Source of the DNA: Bacillota bacterium
GTDB taxonomy: Bacteria > Bacillota > Bacilli > Alicyclobacillales > SLC66
Assembly (NCBI GenBank): GCA_021821085.1
Contig: JAKACV010000004.1
Span: 27,543 to 91,542 of the forward strand
Length of the DNA stretch: 64,000 nucleotides
Direction of reading: 5' to 3'
In this document: positions 8,248 to 16,205 of the stretch, one piece after another
Position numbering within the stretch: position 1 is the stretch's first letter
Layout: each line of letters starts with the position of its first letter
The notes under the pieces: model-generated
The model's database searches: none
What the model was told of the DNA's origin: nothing
What the model saw: the letters and a program-made list of their open reading frames with translations, nothing else
Translations under genes and position numbers: made by a program

Positions 8248-9888
8248 TCAGTGAGCAGATTCTTTATGTTTTTCCCACTGTATGAGATACTCCTGTAACG
8301 TATGGTGTAATGCTTTTCCAATGGTTGCGTACGCTTCATCCTCTAAGTTTGCTAAAGAAACGCGAATCGACCAATTTGGACCATGGAACCCTCCACCATT
8401 TAGCAATACAATCGCCGATTGTTCCGCCAGCCGAAAAAGAATATCAACTGGTTCGTAATAATCCTGAAGGTACTTTGTAAAGTCGGCACCATAATGGTGT
8501 TGCGCCCATTCCGTCAAGTCAAATTCCGTATAATACGCCGCATCAAGAGGATCTTTCAAAGGCGTCAATCCAAGTCCATCAAACAGCAGTTTTTTGCGCC
8601 TGCGGCAGATATCTTTCGTCAGTTGCTTATAGCGTCCTTTGTGGTCAAGTAGAGCAAAAGCCGCCAAAAAAACCATCTGAACTTGTTGCGGTGTCGATAA
8701 CCCCGCAGTGTGATTGAGCGCCACTTGACGACTATCAGCCACCAAACGCTCCATAAATCGCAATCGTTCCGGGTGTAACGAAAGCGATCCGTAGCGCTGC
8801 TTAAGTCGCTTCTCAGTATGCGGCGGAAGTCTTTGTAGCCGCTCTTCATACACATTCTCCCGCTGTACAGAGATCACACCAAGTCGCCATCCCGTAACCC
8901 CAAAATACTTCGAGAACGAATAAACCCCAATTGTATGAAACGGTAGATCAGCCATCAACGACCGATAGCCATCGACGAATGTTCCGTATACGTCGTCTGA
9001 GATAATCATCAGTTGCGGATTATGCCTTTGCACAATTTCCACGAGATGTGCTCGCGATTCTTTTCGCATCGCAACAGAAGGAGGATTGCTTGGATTGACG
9101 AGAAAAAGCGCCTTAATGGCCGGATCAGCTAACTTATCGAGCTCAGCGTCTGGATATTGCCACGTGTGATCCCCTTGTTCAGTCATTTCCGTCGCACGAA
9201 TCTCCACGACATCAAAGCCATACTGCGCCAACTGCGGGATCTCAATATAAGGTGGGAAAATGGGAACCATCAAAGCGATCTTATCGCCTTTACAAAGTAA
9301 TTCATTCGCATGTAACGTTTCGAAAATGTAACACATCGCAGCCGTTGCACCTTCGACCGCAAAGACATCAAATTCACCCAGACTCGCTTCCCCATTTGCC
9401 ATTTCCTGAAGAAGGTAATCGTGGACAATTCGTTCCACATGAATGAGCATGCGATCTGGCAATGGATAATTGTCACCAATGATGCCATCTGCCAATTCAA
9501 AAATCCATTCATCCGGTTCAAACTTGCATTCCTGCACACCATACTTCAAGATATCAGAAAGCAGTTGGACACCAGGCTGATCCGCATGTTTGTCAATATA
9601 CGCTGTCAGTCGCGCCGCAATCCCCGCTTGCCGTGGTTGACCAGCAAGATCGCCTTCATTCCACACATTGCGCGTTTCCTCTACGGCAAACTGACCAAAT
9701 GCAAAAAACGCTTCGCGGGGCGTGGCTGCCGTCCAGTTGGGATTGCCCCGCCCCGCATCGAGCATAGCCTGCGCACTTTTCTTTTGTTGATCCTTTGCTA
9801 GGCGAATCAACTCATTTTTAAACTCGAATGGACTAATTCCTTCGTACGTACGCTCCATCGCCCTGTGTATTCCAGCCTCATCATTCAT
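8248..9888 (-). CDS. asdA: Aspartate 4-decarboxylase (bifunctional aspartate aminotransferase / beta-decarboxylase, PLP fold type I)
   Basis: 546 aa. ISPFEFKNELIRLA, MLDAGRGNPNWTAATPREAFF, SFSKYFGVTGWRLGVI (PLP lysine) and LVADSRQVALNHTAGLSTPQQVQMV are colinear with Pseudomonas dacunhae AsdA as I remember it. Confidence 0.85.
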   Translation of the reverse strand: MNDEAGIHRAMERTYEGISPFEFKNELIRLAKDQQKKSAQAMLDAGRGNPNWTAATPREAFFAFGQFAVEETRNVWNEGDLAGQPRQAGIAARLTAYIDKHADQPGVQLLSDILKYGVQECKFEPDEWIFELADGIIGDNYPLPDRMLIHVERIVHDYLLQEMANGEASLGEFDVFAVEGATAAMCYIFETLHANELLCKGDKIALMVPIFPPYIEIPQLAQYGFDVVEIRATEMTEQGDHTWQYPDAELDKLADPAIKALFLVNPSNPPSVAMRKESRAHLVEIVQRHNPQLMIISDDVYGTFVDGYRSLMADLPFHTIGVYSFSKYFGVTGWRLGVISVQRENVYEERLQRLPPHTEKRLKQRYGSLSLHPERLRFMERLVADSRQVALNHTAGLSTPQQVQMVFLAAFALLDHKGRYKQLTKDICRRRKKLLFDGLGLTPLKDPLDAAYYTEFDLTEWAQHHYGADFTKYLQDYYEPVDILFRLAEQSAIVLLNGGGFHGPNWSIRVSLANLEDEAYATIGKALHHTLQEYLIQWEKHKESAH

Positions 9889-9972
9889 AAATGAAAGGAT
9901 TCACCTCCAGCCAATAACTGTATGTAGTTATATGCGAATCGTGGTAAATCCATACTTCTTGGAAACTACGGG

Positions 9973-11187
9973 TTACTCATAGCGAAGCGCTTCAATCGGA
10001 TGTAACGCAGATGCTTTGCGCGCAGGATAAACGCCAAAAACGACGCCAATTACAATAGCGAATCCTACAGACAATAAGACAGCCGACAAAGATACAAGAC
10101 CGCTTTTATGCAAAACAATGCCAGCGATTGCAGCTCCACCACCACCAAGCACAACCCCGATCAGCCCCCCGCCTACGCTTAGCACCACAGATTCAACTAA
10201 AAACTGTGCCATAATCACGCTGCGTTTGGCTCCAATCGCCTTGCGAATCCCAATCTCCCGAGTGCGCTCTGTCACAGACACAAGCATAATGTTCATAATG
10301 CCAATGCCACCAACGACAAGCGAAATCGCCGCCACACCTGTCAATAGATCGGTCATCTCTTGCGTCACACTCTGCAACGTGCTTAAAATGGTTGCCTGAT
10401 TCATAATGCGAAAGTCACTCGCCTCGCCAGGTCCCAACTGGTGTAAGTTTCGCAACGTCGACGTGATCTCTTGTTGCGCCAGCGCCATGTCTTGTTGCGA
10501 AGTAGCCGACACATCGATCGAATTGAGCACATCACTACCTGTAAGTTCGTTCATCGCCGTTGTAATTGGGATCATTACGCGATCATCGAGATTTTGAAAC
10601 CCATTTGAACCTTCTGGGGCGAGCACTCCAATGACCGTATAAGGGACGCCATTAAGATCGATCGTCTGTCCCACGGCGCTTTGAAATCCAAAGAGCGTCT
10701 GTGCAGTTTGACTACCAAGCACGGCCACCTGTGCATTTGCTGTAACCTCTTGAGGAAGAAAGAAGCGCCCTTGCGCCACTGGCGTTGGCTTCACAAGTGG
10801 ATAATTTGCCGTTGTACCCTGCAATTGCGTCGACGTATTGCTATTCCCATAGACAATTTGAACAGAACGCTGTACAAGTGGAGCCACCTGTGCCACATTC
10901 GGATCATTTGCCGTAATCGCCGCCGCATCAGAATACACAAGGGTCGTCGCCGATCCGGCCCCCAAACTCACCCCACTCGTCGAAGCGGAACCTGGCATAA
11001 TGGTCAAAAGATTAGATCCAAGCGCCTCTACTTGCTGAGTGACACTATCTGTCGATGCTTGCCCTACAGCTGACAATGCAATCACAGAGGCAACGCCCAC
11101 GATTACACCTAACATCGTGAGCAGCGCGCGCATCCGATTGGCACGAATACTACGAAAAGCAGAGCGAATGATCTCAGTCAGTGGCAT
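9973..11187 (-). CDS. MacB-type ABC transporter permease (MacB periplasmic domain + FtsX)
   Basis: 404 aa. It has an N-terminal TM segment, a large extracytoplasmic domain and three C-terminal TM segments. It overlaps the ATPase gene by 14 nt. Confidence 0.85.
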   Translation of the reverse strand: MPLTEIIRSAFRSIRANRMRALLTMLGVIVGVASVIALSAVGQASTDSVTQQVEALGSNLLTIMPGSASTSGVSLGAGSATTLVYSDAAAITANDPNVAQVAPLVQRSVQIVYGNSNTSTQLQGTTANYPLVKPTPVAQGRFFLPQEVTANAQVAVLGSQTAQTLFGFQSAVGQTIDLNGVPYTVIGVLAPEGSNGFQNLDDRVMIPITTAMNELTGSDVLNSIDVSATSQQDMALAQQEITSTLRNLHQLGPGEASDFRIMNQATILSTLQSVTQEMTDLLTGVAAISLVVGGIGIMNIMLVSVTERTREIGIRKAIGAKRSVIMAQFLVESVVLSVGGGLIGVVLGGGGAAIAGIVLHKSGLVSLSAVLLSVGFAIVIGVVFGVYPARKASALHPIEALRYE

Positions 11188-11905
11188 GCGTCATCACCAT
11201 CGCCCCATTCGCCGTATCCGATTCAATGCACCCGTCGCGAAAGCGAATGATGCGTTTTGCATGCGCACCCACTTCATTCTCATGTGTGACAATCACGACT
11301 GTGTTTCCTTGCGCGTGCAAATCCTCAAATAACGCTAAAATCTCTGCCGTGTTGCGCGTATCAAGCGCACCCGTCGGTTCATCAGCAAGCAACAAAACAG
11401 GACGATTGACCAATGCGCGAGCGATCGACACACGCTGCTGCTGTCCTCCTGACAATTCATTTGGACGATTGTGCAGACGATCCTGTAGTCCAATGCGGAT
11501 CAGTGCTTCAGTCGCACGCTCGCGCCGCTCTTTAGGTGGAACCCCAGCATACATCATCGGGAGTTCAACATTCTCCAGTGCCGTCGTACGCGCAAGCAAA
11601 TTAAAATTTTGAAAGATGAATCCAATTTTCATATTGCGCAACTGAGCGAGTTCATCTTCTTGAAGCGCACTCACAGAGTTCCCATCAATTTGATAGTCTC
11701 CTGCCGTAGGTCGATCCAAACATCCCATAATATTCATCGTTGTCGATTTACCCGAACCAGACGGTCCCATAATCGCTACAAATTCGTTGCGCAAGATCGA
11801 CAATGTGACACCGTTTAATGCGCGCATCACTTCTCCACCAACTACGTACTCACGAATGATATCTTGCATCCGGATTATGGGTTGTGACAAAGCTTCATGC
11901 GACAT
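11174..11905 (-). CDS. ABC transporter ATP-binding protein (MacB/LolD type)
   Basis: Walker A GPSGSGKST, signature LSGGQQQRVSIARAL, Walker B LLLADEPT. Confidence 0.9.
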   Translation of the reverse strand: MSHEALSQPIIRMQDIIREYVVGGEVMRALNGVTLSILRNEFVAIMGPSGSGKSTTMNIMGCLDRPTAGDYQIDGNSVSALQEDELAQLRNMKIGFIFQNFNLLARTTALENVELPMMYAGVPPKERRERATEALIRIGLQDRLHNRPNELSGGQQQRVSIARALVNRPVLLLADEPTGALDTRNTAEILALFEDLHAQGNTVVIVTHENEVGAHAKRIIRFRDGCIESDTANGAMVMTHATD

Positions 11906-14082
11906 TAGCCTTTTCCCCTTCCGCCAAGACCCCCACCTAATCCCCCGCCAAAACCGCGACCAGGAGCGCCACCCGTTGTACTTGCAGAAGTTGTAGCAGG
12001 TGGAATGAGCACAATTTTCTCATTCGAATGCAGACCAGATGTGACTTGAACAACATTTGAACCAAATAGTCCAAGTTGAACCGGTTGGAAATAAGTTCCT
12101 TTCGGAGCGCTTTTTGCAGCGATGCCCTTCCCACCAAATTTCCTTGCTCCCTTCGTCTTACCAGATGCAGAATGTGAGAAAGCATGCACTGGCCTTTTAC
12201 CTACGACATATACTCCTTCCATTTGTCCTACTTGTTGCAAGGCAATGGCTGGAATCTCAAGAACATGTTGTTGACTTGCCGTTTGAATCGACACACTAGC
12301 TGCCATACCCGATAGCAACTTATCCGATGGATCATGAACAATCGCCATCACTGTATATTCAGTTACGTTACTTACCACTTGCGGCGTAGGGTAGACTTGT
12401 AGCACCGTACCACTAAACGTGGTCCCGGGTAGCGCTGATACCGTAGCTGTCACGAGATCCCCAGCATGCACCGATCCAATACCCGCCTCTGGCACTTGAA
12501 TACTTAGCTCCATGTTGTTTTGCGTATTACTCTGCAGCGTTACAACCGCCTGACCACTTGTCGTGGCCTCACCTGCCGTATCATTCACAGCCGTAATCAC
12601 ACCATTCATCGGAGCACGTAACGTCATCGCTGATTCACTTGCTTGAGCGGACTTCAACTGCGCTTGCGCAGAACTGACTTGCGCTTGCGCGGTTGTGACA
12701 GCCGCTTGGTTTTCCTGGATCACAGCAGGTGTAGAAGGTTGTTCCGTCTCTTGTAAGGATGCCTCCGCACTTTGGAGTGCTGCCTGATTTTGCACAACAA
12801 GGTTCTGATCTTGATTCAACACTTGCTGTGCAGAGCTTCGGTCATTATAGAGCGCCTGTGCAATCTTCAAATCAGCCTGCGCTGCTTGATCTTGCACTTG
12901 TGCCTGCGTCACACTGACTTGCGCCGCCTGAACGCTCACTTGCGCTTGCTGGGCTAAGTTCGTGGAGCTTCCAGGAATCGCATCAGCCACGTTCTTATTC
13001 GCGGTGGCAAGATTCGCTTGCGCGTTTTCCACCGCCGTCTGATCATTTTGCACAGCGGCGGCGCCTGCATTGTACTGTTCCTGCGCTTGCTGCACCGCGG
13101 TATATCCATTATTTAATGCTTGATACTGATCGTCCGCTGTCTGCATCGCGGATGAAAACGGATTTTGTGCTTGGGGATTTGTCGTTTCTCCCTGAAACTG
13201 CACATAATTAGAAAGTTGTGTTTGATACGCTTGATATGCTTTTTCCACCTGCTGTTGCGTGATCGTTCCATACTCCTGTTGTGCGGTTTGCAAATTGGTA
13301 TGTAACAATTGTAAATCACTTTGAGCGAGAGCCAGTTGCTTTTGAGCAGAGCTAACCGCTTGCTGATCTGTGCTTACAACATCCTTTAACGCAATAACAT
13401 CTTGCGGAGTTCCTCCGCCGTTCAGAGCTGCTGCAGAACTGAGTTGCACTTTTTTCAGATTTACCTCCGCCGCTTGTACCGCGACAGCGTCTTGTGCCAC
13501 TGTATTTTGTGCCGTAACAAGTTGTGACTGCGCACTTGTACGGTCATTGTAAATCGCCGTTTCATCTTGATATTGCTGTTTCACTCCGGCAAGCGCCGCT
13601 TGCGCCTTTGCTACCCCAGCCTTGGCAACAGCGATCGTCGCTGCCGTAGATCCTTGTTCAGATGCGGTCAATTTCGCCTGAGCCTGCTCTAGGTTTCCCT
13701 GTGCGGCGAGTACCGCTGCTTGATCTTGTGCAACGGTCGCCGCCTGCTGGGTGTCATTGAGCGTAGCCAACACCTGTCCCGCCTTCACCTGCTGTCCAAT
13801 AGCCACAGACACACTTTGCAGAGTCCCACTTGCTCCGCTAAACGAAAGATTCATAGTGGTTGCAGGTTGCACTGTCGCCGCAGCCGAGACGGTCTGCACA
13901 ACCGTTCCATACCCGACCGTATACGTAGAGCCATTTGAAGTTGGTGCCTGCATGTAGGCGTTCGCTACTGCACCACCTGCGCCAAGCACAATAATGACTG
14001 CGAGACCCCCGTATAGCCACTTGCGCTTTTTGGGTCCCAGCATATTCTTTACCGCCTGTTCACGATGCAAAATGGTGCTCAT
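11905..14082 (-). CDS. HlyD/MacA-family membrane-fusion (periplasmic adaptor) protein with a greatly extended coiled-coil hairpin
   Basis: ORF 11905..14283. I chose start ATG 14082 (AAGAGG about 10 nt upstream), giving MSTILHREQ... followed by a TM segment. The lipoyl halves (VAIGQQVKAGQVLATL and MTLRAPMNGVITAV) are separated by about 375 Q/A-rich residues by my count. A beta-barrel/MP-proximal region and a Gly-rich tail follow. The stop overlaps the ATPase start codon. Confidence 0.8.
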   Translation of the reverse strand: MSTILHREQAVKNMLGPKKRKWLYGGLAVIIVLGAGGAVANAYMQAPTSNGSTYTVGYGTVVQTVSAAATVQPATTMNLSFSGASGTLQSVSVAIGQQVKAGQVLATLNDTQQAATVAQDQAAVLAAQGNLEQAQAKLTASEQGSTAATIAVAKAGVAKAQAALAGVKQQYQDETAIYNDRTSAQSQLVTAQNTVAQDAVAVQAAEVNLKKVQLSSAAALNGGGTPQDVIALKDVVSTDQQAVSSAQKQLALAQSDLQLLHTNLQTAQQEYGTITQQQVEKAYQAYQTQLSNYVQFQGETTNPQAQNPFSSAMQTADDQYQALNNGYTAVQQAQEQYNAGAAAVQNDQTAVENAQANLATANKNVADAIPGSSTNLAQQAQVSVQAAQVSVTQAQVQDQAAQADLKIAQALYNDRSSAQQVLNQDQNLVVQNQAALQSAEASLQETEQPSTPAVIQENQAAVTTAQAQVSSAQAQLKSAQASESAMTLRAPMNGVITAVNDTAGEATTSGQAVVTLQSNTQNNMELSIQVPEAGIGSVHAGDLVTATVSALPGTTFSGTVLQVYPTPQVVSNVTEYTVMAIVHDPSDKLLSGMAASVSIQTASQQHVLEIPAIALQQVGQMEGVYVVGKRPVHAFSHSASGKTKGARKFGGKGIAAKSAPKGTYFQPVQLGLFGSNVVQVTSGLHSNEKIVLIPPATTSASTTGGAPGRGFGGGLGGGLGGRGKG

Positions 14083-15382
14083 CCGATATAAACCTCTTTC
14101 CCACGTGAAAATACACGACACTTGTCGTACCTTGATTGACTTCGCTTTGCACCGCAAACTTACCATGATGCGCATCAACGATCCATTTCCCGATCGCAAG
14201 TCCGAGACCTGTCCCATCTGTCGAACGCGCCTTATCACCCCGATAGAAACGATCAAAAATAAAAGGTAGATCTTCCTTTGCAATTCCGATGCCTGTATCA
14301 GACACCGTTAACTCAACGATTGACTCCACCTTCCGGCATCGAACCTTCACGCTGCCACCAGGCGGGGTATACTTTAGTGCATTATCGAGTAAAATCCACA
14401 CCAGTTGATGCAAGCGCTTTTCATCACCTTGCAAGACCACATGTGGTTCAATCACAAACGCCGTCTGCAATCCTTTTTGTTCACATAACACATGAAATAA
14501 ATCTTGAATGCCAACAAGTAACTCTGACAAATTCACAGTCTGTAGCGAGAGTTCTAACTGATTTGAATCCGCGCGCGCAAGCGTTAAGAGATCTGCCACA
14601 AGTTGATTCATTCGGCGCGCCTCTTTGTCAATCGCAGAGATGCCCCCTGCTTCCTGTTCTATGGTGTGAGCTGGATGGCGCAAGAGGAGTTGCGCTTGGG
14701 CTTGCACGACGGCAAGCGGTGTGCGTAATTCATGCGATGCATCAGAGACAAAGCGCTGTTGTTTTTCCCACGATTGTCGAATCGGGATAAGTGCACGTTG
14801 GGCTAAAAACCATCCTGCTGCCACAGCCGCAAGCAATCCTGCGCTAATACAAAAAAAGATAAGCAGTAAAAGTGCATGCAACTCCCGCGTCTGATCGTCG
14901 ATGTTGCGCACGATTTGCACAGTGACACCACTTGGCAGTACGCTACCGCTTTGCCCTGGAATGGAAACATTTAAAATGCGGAATTGATGGTTTTCGACCG
15001 TTTGATTGAAGGGACGTGGTTGCGAAAGATCATTCGCTAAGACCTGAAGCCCACTCGCAGAAAACGTATTTTCTGGCTGTTGAAACAACATGTGATGAGT
15101 CGAAGTCCATGCGATTAAGACCGTCGGCAATTGACCAAAATGCGGTCGCGAAAATGGAAAGTGCAGTTGCGGTGGAATGCCCGTCCCCGTTCCCGGCCAA
15201 TGTGCAAACGGCCTTGGCGTTCCGCGCAAAATCATCTGCGCAGTCACCTGTAGTGAACTGTCGACCTTTTCATACAACCGCTCTTTTGTAAATACATAGA
15301 GCACCCCAGAGATCGCGATGAGAATGATCGCAAATACCACTGCATTCAACATCGCCAAACGCAACCCCACCCGCTGAAACAT
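14060..15382 (-). CDS. Sensor histidine kinase (two TM segments, extracytoplasmic loop, HAMP, HisKA, HATPase_c)
   Basis: H-box FVSDASHELRTPL, N-box ILLDNALKYT, G-boxes DTGIGI and GLGLAI. Confidence 0.9.
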   Translation of the reverse strand: MFQRVGLRLAMLNAVVFAIILIAISGVLYVFTKERLYEKVDSSLQVTAQMILRGTPRPFAHWPGTGTGIPPQLHFPFSRPHFGQLPTVLIAWTSTHHMLFQQPENTFSASGLQVLANDLSQPRPFNQTVENHQFRILNVSIPGQSGSVLPSGVTVQIVRNIDDQTRELHALLLLIFFCISAGLLAAVAAGWFLAQRALIPIRQSWEKQQRFVSDASHELRTPLAVVQAQAQLLLRHPAHTIEQEAGGISAIDKEARRMNQLVADLLTLARADSNQLELSLQTVNLSELLVGIQDLFHVLCEQKGLQTAFVIEPHVVLQGDEKRLHQLVWILLDNALKYTPPGGSVKVRCRKVESIVELTVSDTGIGIAKEDLPFIFDRFYRGDKARSTDGTGLGLAIGKWIVDAHHGKFAVQSEVNQGTTSVVYFHVGKRFISDEHHFAS

Positions 15383-15384
15383 AC

Positions 15385-16059
15385 CTACGACTCCTTTAGC
15401 ATAAACCCGACTCCGCGCACCGTCTGAATGTAATCATCACACTCATGAAGGGTCAACTTTTTGCGCAGATAGTGAACATATACGTCTACCACGGCTGATC
15501 CCGAATCAGAATTAAAACCCCATACGCGATAGAAAATTTGCTGTCGCGTCAAGATTTGCTCTGCATTAATCAGGAAATATTCAAGTAACTCATATTCCTT
15601 TACGGTCAAATGCAGCGCTTTCTTATCTACAAATCCATCATGCGCCTGCGAACTTAGACTAATGCGGCGATACGCAATGTGATCCTCTTGAACGATACTT
15701 CCCTTACGTCGCGACAGCGCTCGAATGCGCGCCACTAACTCTGCAATATCAAATGGCTTTGTAAGGTAATCGTCCGCCCCAAAGTCGAGACCAATCACTC
15801 GATCCTGCACACTATCACGCGCAGTAAGAAACAGCACAGGTGTCATAAGCAACGCTTTACGGATCTCCTGAAGCACTTTATGACCGTCCAAATCAGGTAG
15901 CATAATATCTAAGATGATTACATCATACGGTTCATGTAGCGCTTTTTCCAACCCTGTACGGCCGTTGTACGCAACGTCTGTCTCCCACTCTTCTTCCAGT
16001 AGTGCAGCTTTCACAACAGACGCTACTTCTGTGTTATCTTCAATGATCAGTACGCGCAT
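15385..16059 (-). CDS. OmpR-family response regulator
   Basis: ORF 15385..16131. Start set at ATG 16059 (MRVLIIEDN, after GAAGGAG). Receiver Asp lies in IILDIMLPDLDG and a winged-helix C-terminus is present. Confidence 0.9.
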   Translation of the reverse strand: MRVLIIEDNTEVASVVKAALLEEEWETDVAYNGRTGLEKALHEPYDVIILDIMLPDLDGHKVLQEIRKALLMTPVLFLTARDSVQDRVIGLDFGADDYLTKPFDIAELVARIRALSRRKGSIVQEDHIAYRRISLSSQAHDGFVDKKALHLTVKEYELLEYFLINAEQILTRQQIFYRVWGFNSDSGSAVVDVYVHYLRKKLTLHECDDYIQTVRGVGFMLKES

Positions 16060-16104
16060 GTAGTACAAAACTCCTTCACCATTCATCCAACAATACACAC
16101 AGGA

Positions 16105-16139
16105 TTCCTGCCTCGGTTGTTTCCAAATCAAGGCAGGAA
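16105..16139 (-). terminator. Possible hairpin between the repeat-protein gene and the response-regulator gene
   Basis: TTCCTGCCT pairs with AGGCAGGAA (9-bp stem, 17-nt loop). The U-tail is weak. Confidence 0.3.
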
Positions 16140-16205
16140 CACGTGTGCATCTAATCGTTATTCGCGTAACTTACGTACTGACCGACCTACTTACCTACTC
16201 CTCCC

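Noticed and set aside
12300-13700. The Q/A-rich region of the adaptor gene, considered as a DNA-level tandem repeat or low-complexity artefact.
   Set aside because: I found no exact periodic DNA unit. The pattern is heptad-like at the protein level and mirrors itself, as expected for an antiparallel coiled coil.
14083-14283. The 67-codon N-terminal extension of the adaptor ORF given in the track.
   Set aside because: It lies entirely inside the histidine-kinase coding region in another frame and has a non-protein-like composition. A good SD precedes ATG 14082, and a typical signal-anchor sequence follows it.
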